Below the pieces are notes generated by a model, which had not been told where the DNA came from, did not search any database, and was given only the letters and a program-made list of their open reading frames with translations. A stretch of 64,000 nt of DNA from Elainellaceae cyanobacterium (GTDB taxonomy: Bacteria > Cyanobacteriota > Cyanobacteriia > CAZCXK01), in the NCBI GenBank assembly GCA_051117555.1, contig JBNPEG010000006.1, positions 1 through 64,000 on the forward strand, in the 5' to 3' direction. Every line of letters starts with the position of its first letter. Position 1 is the stretch's first letter. Below, piece after piece: positions 1 through 9,227 of the stretch. The position numbers and the translations under genes were made by a program.

Positions 1-91
1 TTTAGAAACAATAGAGAATAGGTGCTCACCTCATCGAGTCTTGCCCCTCACCCTGTCATATGAAACGATTCCCTTCAGCAGGAGTTAGTTA

Positions 92-1369
92 ATGTCGAGT
101 TCACTGATGTCTGATGCGGGTCAACGCTTAGAAAAAGCGCTTCGCTACGTGACGATTTCTCCCGATTCGATTGAGCGGTTGAAATATCCAAAGGCAAGCC
201 TCAATGTTTCAATTCCAGTGCGCATGGATGATGGATCATTGCGAGTGTTTCAGGGGTATCGAGTGCGCTATGACGATACGCGAGGGCCGACGAAGGGGGG
301 CGTGCGGTTTCATCCCGATGTGTCTCTCGACGAGGTGCAATCACTCGCATTTTGGATGACCTTTAAGTGTGCCGTTTTGAATCTGCCATTTGGAGGCGCG
401 AAAGGGGGAATCACGCTTGACCCTAAATCGGTGTCGAGTGGTGAGCTAGAGCGGCTGAGCCGAGGCTATGTGAATGCGATCGCCGATTTTATCGGGCCTG
501 ATGTCGATATCTTGGCTCCCGATGTTTATACCAATCCCACGATCATGGGCTGGATGATGGAACAATACTGCATCATCCGCAGACAATCACTACCCGCTGT
601 GGTGACAGGCAAACCCGTTGTCATGGGAGGCAGCCTCGGACGAGAAACCGCTACCGCAATGGGAGCTTTTTTTGTGATGACTACTGCCCTCGCCAAATTG
701 GGTCAAGCCCCTGCCGATACAACCGTTGCGGTTCAAGGGTTTGGCAACGCTGGGGCGGTCGTTGCTGATTTGCTTGCCAAAGCCGGATGCCGAGTCGTGG
801 CAGTCAGTGATTCTAAAGGTGGAATCTATGCCAAGCAGGGGTTAGACATTCGCAGCATTCGTCAGTTTAAGGAATCAAGCCGCACTATGAAAGCCGTCTA
901 CTGCAAAGAAACGGTTTGCCATGTCGTCGAGCATGATGTGATCAGTAATGAGGATCTGCTGACCCTCGACGTGGATGTATTGATTCCAGCAGCGCTAGAG
1001 AATCAAATTACGTGTCAGAATGCTGACCAGATTAAGGCGAAGTACATCTTTGAAATCGCCAATGGGCCCACGACTCCTGACGCAGACCGAATCCTAGAAG
1101 CAAACGGCATCTATGTCTTTCCTGACATTCTGGTTAATGCGGGCGGGGTGACGGTTAGCTACTTTGAATGGGTACAAAATCGCAACGGCTACTACTGGAC
1201 GCTTGAAAAAGTGAATCGATATCTAGAAGAAAAGATGACCGCAGAAACGGAGCGGATCTGGGCGATCGCCCAAGATTTGTCAATCTCACTCCGTACTGCT
1301 GCTTATGTCTATGCCCTCAATCGTTTAGAAGAAGCATTTGAAGCCAAAGGTCGCAGAGTTCAATATTGA
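92..1369 (+). CDS. gdhA: Glu/Leu/Phe/Val family dehydrogenase (glutamate dehydrogenase)
   Basis: RGPTKGGVRF, FGGAKGG, APDV and QGFGNAG Rossmann motifs. Confidence 0.92.
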   Translation: MSSSLMSDAGQRLEKALRYVTISPDSIERLKYPKASLNVSIPVRMDDGSLRVFQGYRVRYDDTRGPTKGGVRFHPDVSLDEVQSLAFWMTFKCAVLNLPFGGAKGGITLDPKSVSSGELERLSRGYVNAIADFIGPDVDILAPDVYTNPTIMGWMMEQYCIIRRQSLPAVVTGKPVVMGGSLGRETATAMGAFFVMTTALAKLGQAPADTTVAVQGFGNAGAVVADLLAKAGCRVVAVSDSKGGIYAKQGLDIRSIRQFKESSRTMKAVYCKETVCHVVEHDVISNEDLLTLDVDVLIPAALENQITCQNADQIKAKYIFEIANGPTTPDADRILEANGIYVFPDILVNAGGVTVSYFEWVQNRNGYYWTLEKVNRYLEEKMTAETERIWAIAQDLSISLRTAAYVYALNRLEEAFEAKGRRVQY

Positions 1370-1750
1370 ATGCCTGATTGAACGCCTGATTGAACGTCTG
1401 ATTGAACGCCTGATTGAACATGTGGCGCACGCTAGCCTCAATGTTTCATCTTCACTATCACTCAAAAGAAAGCGTCCGTCAGGATGCGATTTGGGACGAT
1501 ATTTAAATACTTTTTGGTAGTCGCTCATTTTGGAGAATCTGTTCCAGTCAATTCGGTTTTCTAACGATTCTTTTACAAACGGAACTTTCCATCCATTATT
1601 GAGTTCTCTAATTGCAGATGAGGACGAGATTAGTCTTCTATCATCAGTCTTAACACAAGGCAAATTTCTCTTAGAGAGTGTGCTCAGATCAGAGTATTTG
1701 ACTCTTGGATAATAACGGGAATTCCAACATGGATACTCATTATCGTTCAT
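1325..1750 (-). pseudogene. Low-GC hypothetical ORF or gene remnant with one degenerate WD40-like repeat
   Basis: ATG at 1750; SHPDGRFLLSDSEDETLRL resembles WD40 consensus; C-terminus runs through the tandem repeat and overlaps gdhA. Confidence 0.35.
1365..1419. repeat. 12-bp tandem repeat ATTGAA(C/T)G(C/T)CTG, 4.5 copies
   Basis: Read directly; the first unit contains the gdhA stop codon. Confidence 0.95.
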
Positions 1751-1773
1751 AACTCTGAAAGAAATTTGCAATG

Positions 1774-1867
1774 TATAGCCGTACGATCTCGCGTTAGGAC
1801 ATTGAACGTGTGGTGAGCCTCCGCGCCGGGGGGACTCACCACACAAACCTAAGCCCGTAGGGCTATA
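1774..1867 (-). mobile_element. Family A miniature inverted-repeat element, copy 1 (94 bp)
   Basis: TATAGCC...GGCTATA termini, central GTGTGGTGAG...CTCACCACAC hairpin; homologous to 6196, 9010 and 60353. Confidence 0.8.
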
Positions 1868-2042
1868 AAACTAATCCATGATTCATCATTAGCACTTCAA
1901 AAAGGTGAGCATTGCCCACCGTATTGTTGTTTTGAGATGAGTTGATAATCTCTTGAAATAAATTGGAGGGAAATGGAGGCGCAAACTATTAGCAGAATCG
2001 TACAGAATTTGCCACTCACTATTGCAACCTGAGGTGATCAAC

Positions 2043-2291
2043 ATGCAGTCTGATTATGATTATTCCTACCCAGTGAATACCGAGCATCCCTATACAGCCG
2101 GAGTATTTGTCAAAGTCATAAAAGGGTCATCAAAAGGGAGAGTAGGCAAAATTTCAAGTATGACCCAATCAGGAATATACTTCATTAAAAAGCAATCTGA
2201 AAATGGTGATGGCACAATTGAGACTACGCCAGAGGGTCCATTTTTGCCAGATGAGTTTGAGCTGTTACCTAAATCGAAGCTCTCACAGTAG
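2043..2291 (+). CDS. Small KOW-motif protein
   Basis: GAGGTG RBS before ATG 2043; GVFVKVIKGSSKGRVGKI is KOW-like. Confidence 0.6.
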   Translation: MQSDYDYSYPVNTEHPYTAGVFVKVIKGSSKGRVGKISSMTQSGIYFIKKQSENGDGTIETTPEGPFLPDEFELLPKSKLSQ

Positions 2292-2315
2292 AGAAATGAT
2301 CGCTAGGGGAACAGT

Positions 2316-2819
2316 CTATCGTTTGCGATCGCTAATCATTTCGTCCGAAAAATTAGTCGGCAAGACGATCAATGTATTGCCTTGCCGACCCAAGACATAT
2401 ACGGCTTGCCCCGTGGCGATCGCCATATCTGAAACCTGACATCGAGCTTTCCAGAGCGACCCTTGATACGCCACCTCTCCGGTTCCGCCTTGAGGAATCG
2501 TATCAGAGACTTCGGCTTCGATATTGGATTGCAGCTCAGCTGACTGCTTGGGCACCATGCCGCGCATCACGACAGCCAATGAAATAGACAAAATACTCCA
2601 CAGCAACAGTTGCACGGCCACAGACGGTATATTTAATGCTGCGATCGCCGTGATCAGTGCAGCCAAGCCAATTGCAGCAATGCTAGGTTCTCCTACTAAC
2701 ATCCCCAGCATCAAAAACATCAAGCCACCCATTAACCAGAGGGCTTGTTCTGATTGAGCAGTTGTCAAATCTTGCCAGTTCATTCCAAATGCTCTACCCC
2801 ATTGAGTGACCGAAGTCAT
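2316..2819 (-). CDS. NfeD family membrane protein
   Basis: N-terminal TM helices and C-terminal OB-fold (GEVAYQGSLWKA...GNTLIV). Confidence 0.85.
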   Translation of the reverse strand: MTSVTQWGRAFGMNWQDLTTAQSEQALWLMGGLMFLMLGMLVGEPSIAAIGLAALITAIAALNIPSVAVQLLLWSILSISLAVVMRGMVPKQSAELQSNIEAEVSDTIPQGGTGEVAYQGSLWKARCQVSDMAIATGQAVYVLGRQGNTLIVLPTNFSDEMISDRKR

Positions 2820-2906
2820 GATTGTATCAGCAACCGATCGCGAGCAAGCGATATTGGAATTTTACTCTGATGGATGACATCGAGCGATCGCACTTAGTGT
2901 CTTTTA

Positions 2907-4850
2907 TTATGAGCGCGATCGCCGACGATACCGACCATATCGTCTGGGACGACTAAAAAACCGAGACGCCGCCAGCGGTAAGCTCAGCGGAGGAATAAAC
3001 ATCATCAATGGCAAATTTTCTGACAAATAATTAATGCTGGCAGTTAACATTGTCTCTCGCTGATGCTTTTTACGCTTGGGCAACGTTGGGGAAATCACTT
3101 GCTCCAGCGGGCCAGCTGCCATCTGAAACCAGTCACGAAGCTGGGGTGGAACGTCGGAATTGAGCCTTAACTTAATCGAATCAGTCGACCATGCCTGGAC
3201 ATAGTCCGGCGTGAGAAATGATGCATAAAGGTCAGCTTCAGGCGTATCTTGCTTAACAAACGCTAAGCTGATGCCTTGCAACATCTGACGAAGTCCGTCG
3301 GTTTCGTCTCGGCGTCTTTCTCGCAAAAACAGGCTCTGAGTCAAGGCATAGTTTAGATTGGCCGGGTCACCCGCACTCAAATGAGTGCCTCCAATCGCAG
3401 TCAGCAGAAGCTGATCAGGGTTCGTGAGTTGCGAAAATGGCAACAACTGCTGGCTGACAGCAGGTGTAATAGAATCTTCAGTTGCAGACAAAATGATCGC
3501 GGGCGTCGACATCATCGATAACCCAGACTCTCCAAAAATACGTCCCATTACCGGATTGAGCGCAATCACGCGAGATACGCGAGAATCACGGAAACTCGGC
3601 TGATTCGGAGATAGGTCGGTGGCAGTACATTGGAGCCAATCCGCCGGAGAAAGCTCAACCAAACTCCGCTCATTGCAGAATTGTTGCAAAGAGGCAATGT
3701 CTAACGTCGCACCTGCCAATGCTAGCGCCGTATACCCACCTAACGAATGCCCGATAACTGTCACCTTGTCAGTATTGAGCCGTCCCTCCAAGATGCTGGA
3801 ATATCGGTTGAGGCGATCGAGTTCATCTAAGAGAAAGCTCACATCGTTGGGGCGATCAATAAATTCAGTTGCCGGGAGAATATCGCTCAATCGTCCGCTG
3901 CCAGATTCACCCAGCGTAATGCCAGCCAGCCACGCTACGTTGCTGCCAGGATGCTCTAATGCAGCAACAGTCAACCCTTGGGAGGCAAGGTGTTGAGCCA
4001 GATAGCTTAAAAATCGGCGATCGGCTCCAAAGCCATGAGAAATGACGACGAGGGGCCCCCGACTCCAGCGACTCCAATACAAGTCAACTGGAATCGTGCG
4101 ATCGCGCTTTCTGTCTTTGAATTTTAGCGTTTGTTGACGGACACGCTCATACCCACGAGTGGTCGGATCAAATGCAGCATAAAAAGGGTCAGACGGAATG
4201 GTTAATTCTCGCTCTAGCGCCGAACTGAGTGCATGACTTTGCCAGTAGGGCAGATTAAGTTGAGAGACTAGGGCGATCGCTGACGTAGTATCTAGCGTAA
4301 TCGTCTCATCTGGAAATGCTCGCAGAAACCCCAACAAACTTAGTCCGTTCGTATCATGAACGGCAAGCTTTAAAGCCTGCTGAATATCTTCGGGAGAGCT
4401 TTCTGGCATCGCGAGTTCTAGGGTTTCGAGCAAACGTCCGCCCTCTGTTGACCTCAACAAATCGTCAACTAGGCGATCGCTCACGTCTGGATTAAGCTGA
4501 ATATGACTCCGCAACGCTTGGCGCACCTCGTCCGTCAGCACCGGTGCAAACAGTCGCAACCCCGATGGCACCTCTCCCGTTTCTGCAAAATTTTCTACAT
4601 CTTCAAGGGTGATCGGCTGCTCAATAGGACCAAGCCGAAGCGTAATCCGCTCCGCTGCGGGGGTTGGTAGCGCCACACTCCAGACGGAGGCAATGCTCAA
4701 TCCATATAAAATCCCCTTAAAGAGTTGCCAAGCGTGAGTCTTGGCGGGATGTTGACGACCCAGTTGCAGGGAGGAGAATTTAGAAATCACGCGGTCGAAT
4801 GAACGAAACGATAGGGGGCTAGATAGACGGAACTCTCGAGGTGACTTCAC
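2907..4850 (-). CDS. Alpha/beta hydrolase with DUF1400-like N-terminus
   Basis: SHGFG, HPGS and GHSLGG nucleophile motifs; AERITLRLGP N-domain; true start probably downstream of the ORF start. Confidence 0.85.
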   Translation of the reverse strand: MKSPREFRLSSPLSFRSFDRVISKFSSLQLGRQHPAKTHAWQLFKGILYGLSIASVWSVALPTPAAERITLRLGPIEQPITLEDVENFAETGEVPSGLRLFAPVLTDEVRQALRSHIQLNPDVSDRLVDDLLRSTEGGRLLETLELAMPESSPEDIQQALKLAVHDTNGLSLLGFLRAFPDETITLDTTSAIALVSQLNLPYWQSHALSSALERELTIPSDPFYAAFDPTTRGYERVRQQTLKFKDRKRDRTIPVDLYWSRWSRGPLVVISHGFGADRRFLSYLAQHLASQGLTVAALEHPGSNVAWLAGITLGESGSGRLSDILPATEFIDRPNDVSFLLDELDRLNRYSSILEGRLNTDKVTVIGHSLGGYTALALAGATLDIASLQQFCNERSLVELSPADWLQCTATDLSPNQPSFRDSRVSRVIALNPVMGRIFGESGLSMMSTPAIILSATEDSITPAVSQQLLPFSQLTNPDQLLLTAIGGTHLSAGDPANLNYALTQSLFLRERRRDETDGLRQMLQGISLAFVKQDTPEADLYASFLTPDYVQAWSTDSIKLRLNSDVPPQLRDWFQMAAGPLEQVISPTLPKRKKHQRETMLTASINYLSENLPLMMFIPPLSLPLAASRFFSRPRRYGRYRRRSRS

Positions 4851-5104
4851 AGGAACCTCACGTTGAAGCGGGGCAAACGATCATCCCAGCGGGACAAGAT
4901 ATTATCCCTGAGAGAATACGAAGACCGGGGCGATCCGAAAATTTATTTGAATACAGATTTGAATACAGATATGCGTATCGTGTGTTCCTATCATGTCGCT
5001 TAGTTATCACTAGAAAACAGGTATACATTTCAAATGTTTATAAAACTTGAAGTTTAGTGATGGATTGATTGAGGATTCTCCACCGCCTTATTCTGTCTGA
5101 ATTA

Positions 5105-6157
5105 TCATCTAGGCGAATCTATCGAGAGGTTAGTGGCATGGTCAGGAAGCCAGTCAATCTGTCGAGCGTTTTCTGTTAATCGAGCCTGTCGTTGTCCTAA
5201 CGAGCGAGTATGCGCACAAAATAACCCCAGCGGAGTATCTAGCAGCGCGTCGACAGTTGTTTGTCGAGTCACCATACGTATACCGATAATGGGCACTTCT
5301 TTTAGTAGCCAACGACTCCATCTATGTAAATTTTCTCGAAGCGTCAACTCTCTCATAAGAGCGATGCCATGCAGTTCATACAAATAGCGATTGGATTGAC
5401 CATATCGTGTCCATTGGTGACGCAACTCAGCCAGAGTCGACCGATGACGGTGTTTGACAATCGATTGATCTGCGAAACGGATCTGCCAGGCCGTTTCCTG
5501 CTGAATTCTCCAACATAAGTCGGCATCTCCTCCAGTTGTCAAATAAGGACGAAATAGACCGACCGTTTTCAGCGCTTGCCGATGAATGGCTAGATTTGCG
5601 GTCTGCCCATAGGGATAAAACGAATGGGCTAATGTGTGCTTTTGGGAGAGCGTTTCTTGGCGATCGGCATATCGCTCTAGCGCATTGCGGCTAGGAAGAG
5701 CCACGACCTCTCCGGCGACGATACCCACCATTGGCTCAGCAAAGGGACGTATCAACTGTTCGAGCCAGTCGGGTTGAGGACGACAGTCTGCGTCAGTAAA
5801 TGCAATAATCTCCCCAGTAGTCGCTTTGATGCCGGTGTTTCTCGCAGCGTACGAGCTTTGAATATCGGCTTCACATAATGCACGCAGGCAAATCCCCCGA
5901 TCGCGGCTGGTTTGCACGGAGTCTTCCAGCAGGGCTGACGTGCGATCGCCACTGTTATTGTCTACCAGCACATATTCAACCCGATCGGCGGGATACGTTT
6001 GATGCCATAAACACGTTAGCAGGTCAGGTAGGTCAGCTTCACCGTTATAGATCGGCACTACCACCGACACAAATGGCATCGGCATTGAGTGAGGAGTATT
6101 CAGATCAGCTTCCGAATCAACTTTTGAATCAACTAATGGCTGCCCCATACTCATCAC
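5105..6157 (-). CDS. Glycosyltransferase family 2
   Basis: VSVVVPIYN, VDNNSGD, ARNTG, FTDAD. Confidence 0.9.
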   Translation of the reverse strand: MMSMGQPLVDSKVDSEADLNTPHSMPMPFVSVVVPIYNGEADLPDLLTCLWHQTYPADRVEYVLVDNNSGDRTSALLEDSVQTSRDRGICLRALCEADIQSSYAARNTGIKATTGEIIAFTDADCRPQPDWLEQLIRPFAEPMVGIVAGEVVALPSRNALERYADRQETLSQKHTLAHSFYPYGQTANLAIHRQALKTVGLFRPYLTTGGDADLCWRIQQETAWQIRFADQSIVKHRHRSTLAELRHQWTRYGQSNRYLYELHGIALMRELTLRENLHRWSRWLLKEVPIIGIRMVTRQTTVDALLDTPLGLFCAHTRSLGQRQARLTENARQIDWLPDHATNLSIDSPR

Positions 6158-6195
6158 GTGTTGATTGCGTCTCCATTATGCCTATACATTCCTGT

Positions 6196-6289
6196 TATAG
6201 CCCTACGGGCTCAGATTTGTGTGGTGACCCCGCGCGGCACGCGGGGTCACCACATGTTCAACGTCCTAACGTGAGAGCGTAAAGCAATA
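6196..6289 (+). mobile_element. Family A miniature inverted-repeat element, copy 2 (94 bp)
   Basis: TATAGCCCTACGGGCTCAG...hairpin TGTGGTGACCCCGCG/CGCGGGGTCACCACA...GAGAGCGTAAAGCAATA. Confidence 0.8.
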
Positions 6290-6325
6290 TAGCCGCTCAG
6301 CATTGCGTATCTTGAATGTTTGTGT

Positions 6326-6850
6326 ATGACGTATTCAACACATAAACCAGCCCTCATCATCATTGGCGTTATGGGACCTGGAGACGGGGCAACGGCGGAT
6401 GACTGCGAGGCGGCGTATCAACTGGGTCGATCGATTGCAGACCGTGGCTGGGTGGTCTTAACAGGAGGTCGTAACGCCGGAGTCATGGATGCCGCCAATC
6501 GAGGGGCTAAGGACGCTGGCGGATTAACAATCGGGATTTTGCCAGGATGCGATCGCACCTCGATGTCTGCTGCCGTCGATATTCCCATCGTGACGGCACT
6601 GGGAAACGCTCGTAATGCGATCAATGCGCTCTCTAGCCATGTGATGATTGCCTGTGGCATTGGTGCTGGCACAGCTTCTGAAATTGCGCTGGCGCTCAAA
6701 GAACAGACGCCCGTCATTTTGCTCAACCACTCTCCAGAAACCTACAGTTTTTTTCAGCAACTTACCCGCGATCACGTTTGGATGGCGCCATCACCGGATG
6801 ATGCAGTGGCGATCGCCCAACGGCTCCTTGAGCAACAAGCGTTTCAGTAG
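6326..6850 (+). CDS. LOG/SLOG family protein (TIGR00725-like)
   Basis: IGVMGPG, LTGGRNAGVM, ARNAIN, GAGTASE. Confidence 0.88.
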   Translation: MTYSTHKPALIIIGVMGPGDGATADDCEAAYQLGRSIADRGWVVLTGGRNAGVMDAANRGAKDAGGLTIGILPGCDRTSMSAAVDIPIVTALGNARNAINALSSHVMIACGIGAGTASEIALALKEQTPVILLNHSPETYSFFQQLTRDHVWMAPSPDDAVAIAQRLLEQQAFQ

Positions 6851-7509
6851 AATTCATACTGTAGAATTCATACGGTTGCATCTGGACTAAAATGCTGAGC
6901 TACCGATCGAAACCTTTGCGTCAGCATGAGCAACGATCGCGATCGCAGATAAAGCCTGTCATTGAGATGGGCAGGTAGTATGGCAAATGGCAGAAAGCTA
7001 AAAGCTGCTAATGGCTTGTTTCAGCCGTTTGGGTTATCCTAATGCATCTGTCACTTTCTATAACAGCCACTTTCTATAACAGCATTGATGTCTCCAATCT
7101 GCCTACTCCCCTCGAATCTCTATTCTTTGGGTAGATGATCTCGTTTCGATAACCGGTATTGTAATAAGGAAAGTGCTTTCCCTTTATCAATCAACTATGA
7201 ATCAACGAATCAATGATTTTTAGTCAAAACTATTTATTGTCAGTGCTAGTCTTTGCACGCTAAATTCAGAGCCCGTAGGTTTTATCAAGGCTATCAAACC
7301 GCCACTCCCCAGATTAAGATTGCACGATTTGTTGGAACCGCTGCCAGAGCAATTCATGGTGATAGATGATAGGTCTTATCGAAACCGGGAATTCTAGTGC
7401 GTGTGCGTAATGCCGCAGTCTAATTAGCTTGGACGATTTTAGCTTGGATGATTGAACAGTATTGCAACGAGGCACTGAGATTAACGTAATCCCATTTTTA
7501 GATGCTTCC

Positions 7510-7791
7510 ATGACAAACCAGCCCAACAATCAAAACGATCAAACTAAGGAAAATTTTCTCTATCCGCAGGGGAGATATTATGGCAAATTTACCCCTCAAA
7601 ATTTGGCATTTAATGCCAATCTCCAGGAGTTTGCCAATCGAGTCAGCTTAATTTGTGGGTTGGAAACAGGGGGCAAAATTCCGCCTCAAGATGCATATAC
7701 GGAAATCAAGAAGCTGTGGAAACAGCTCAAAGAATCCAAGAGCCAACTGCTAGATGAACCGCCTCCTGAGATTGATTTTCCTGAGGATTAA
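7510..7791 (+). CDS. Conserved small cyanobacterial hypothetical protein
   Basis: YYGKFTPQNLAFNANLQEFA...LETGGK family motif. Confidence 0.8.
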   Translation: MTNQPNNQNDQTKENFLYPQGRYYGKFTPQNLAFNANLQEFANRVSLICGLETGGKIPPQDAYTEIKKLWKQLKESKSQLLDEPPPEIDFPED

Positions 7792-7818
7792 GCAGCCGTA
7801 GGTTGCGGGCGGCGAATT

Positions 7819-8934
7819 CTATTTGTGAACATATTTTTCGACCGCGCTCAAGATGCGCTCTGCGGCATGACCGTCTCCAAACGGATTGATAGCATTTGCC
7901 ATGGTGTTATAGGCATCCTCATGGTCGAGCAAGTCGATCGCTGCATTGAAAATGGGAGTTGCATCTGTACCGATGAGCTTGGCTGTCCCAGCGGCGATCG
8001 CCTCGGGTCGTTCGGTTGTTTCTCGCAACACCAATACAGGTTTGCCTAGACTAGGCGCTTCTTCTTGCAGCCCGCCAGAATCGGTCAATACTAAATAGCA
8101 GCGCTGAATTGCTCCCACCAGTTCGCTATAGTCGAGCGGTTCGGTGAGAAACGCCCTGGGATGATTTCCTAACACCTCTCGGAGGGGGTCGCGAACCGTT
8201 GGATTGCGATGCAGGGGCAACAACAGCGCTGTATCTGGGCATCGATCTAAAATTCGCAGGAACCCCTGTGCAATTGTATGCAGTGGCTTGCCCCAATTTT
8301 CGCGACGATGGACGGTTGCCAATAATACGCGATGGTTTGTCCAATCTAAATCGGGCACTGAACAATCAGGTCGGCGAGCAGCAACCGATAAGAGCGCGTC
8401 GATGACAGTATTGCCCGTATGATGAATTTCGCCCAATACGCCTGAATGATGGAGATTTTCAACCGCCATGGCGGTCGGCGCAAAATGGAGCTGAGCGATT
8501 TGAGAAATGAGCCGTCGGTTTGCTTCTTCGGGATATGGATTGAAGAGATTATCAGTTCGGAGCCCTGCCTCCACATGCCCGACCGGGATTTTGTGATAAA
8601 ACCCAGCGATCGCCGCTGCAAATGCGGTGGTCGTGTCTCCTTGCACCAGCATGATTTGGGGCTGCATCGTTTGGAACAAGGTTTCTAATCCGCGCAGGCT
8701 GCGACATGTGATATCAGTCAATGTCTGCTGCCGCTGCATAATCGCTAAATCTTCATCGGCAGTGATATCAAAAAGCTGCATGACCTGATCGACCATTTCC
8801 CGATGCTGCCCGGTGAGAATCACCCGAGTATCAAAGTTGGGCGATCGCTTGAACTGTTGAATGACAGGGGCTAGCTTAATGGCTTCAGGACGGGTGCCCA
8901 AAATAATAAAGACTCGAACTGGAGATGTCGACAT
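7819..8934 (-). CDS. wecB: UDP-N-acetylglucosamine 2-epimerase (non-hydrolysing)
   Basis: GTRPEAIK, TGQH, QGDTTT, HVEAGLR, TDSGGLQEEA. Confidence 0.95.
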   Translation of the reverse strand: MSTSPVRVFIILGTRPEAIKLAPVIQQFKRSPNFDTRVILTGQHREMVDQVMQLFDITADEDLAIMQRQQTLTDITCRSLRGLETLFQTMQPQIMLVQGDTTTAFAAAIAGFYHKIPVGHVEAGLRTDNLFNPYPEEANRRLISQIAQLHFAPTAMAVENLHHSGVLGEIHHTGNTVIDALLSVAARRPDCSVPDLDWTNHRVLLATVHRRENWGKPLHTIAQGFLRILDRCPDTALLLPLHRNPTVRDPLREVLGNHPRAFLTEPLDYSELVGAIQRCYLVLTDSGGLQEEAPSLGKPVLVLRETTERPEAIAAGTAKLIGTDATPIFNAAIDLLDHEDAYNTMANAINPFGDGHAAERILSAVEKYVHK

Positions 8935-9009
8935 TACGCCCAATCCCTTCACTAGTCGTACTCTTCAAATGAAACCAGACGAAAAATCGGGGGAGAGAGA
9001 AGATCAATT

Positions 9010-9098
9010 CATAGCCTACGGACTCAGATTTGTGTGTGCCCTCCGCGGCGCGGGAGGCACACACGTTCGACATCCTAATGCGCAAGCGTAAGGCTATA
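9010..9098 (+). mobile_element. Family A miniature inverted-repeat element, copy 3 (89 bp)
   Basis: CATAGCCTACGGACTCAG...GTGTGTGCC/GGCACACAC hairpin...GCGTAAGGCTATA. Confidence 0.78.
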
Positions 9099-9227
9099 GA
9101 TTGCTACAAACACCCGATTCTAATACATATCCATACCGTTGTAGGGATTTTGCTAATCAGTCAGAATCGCGTATGCTGCGATAAGAACATGCGAACTGTT
9201 CTCGGCTGCTATTGCATCTCTGCCAGC

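Noticed and set aside
1365..1419. Possible CRISPR array in the tandem repeats (also 24476-24559)
   Set aside because: Units are contiguous with no spacers, and there are no cas genes in the window.
5878..6282. Recurring peptide xGSPHVQxPN in several short ORFs (also 1325-1846 and 8861-9091)
   Set aside because: It is the translation of the family A DNA element in shadow frames, with no sign of a real gene.
7247..7285. GAGCCCGTAGG resembling a family A end
   Set aside because: Only about 11 bp match and there is no hairpin; possibly a remnant but unsupported.
9030..9227. N-terminal extensions of SbcD and of the GT-C protein (15884-15958)
   Set aside because: Both ORF-caller starts fall inside repeat elements; family-like sequence begins at 9228 and 15883.
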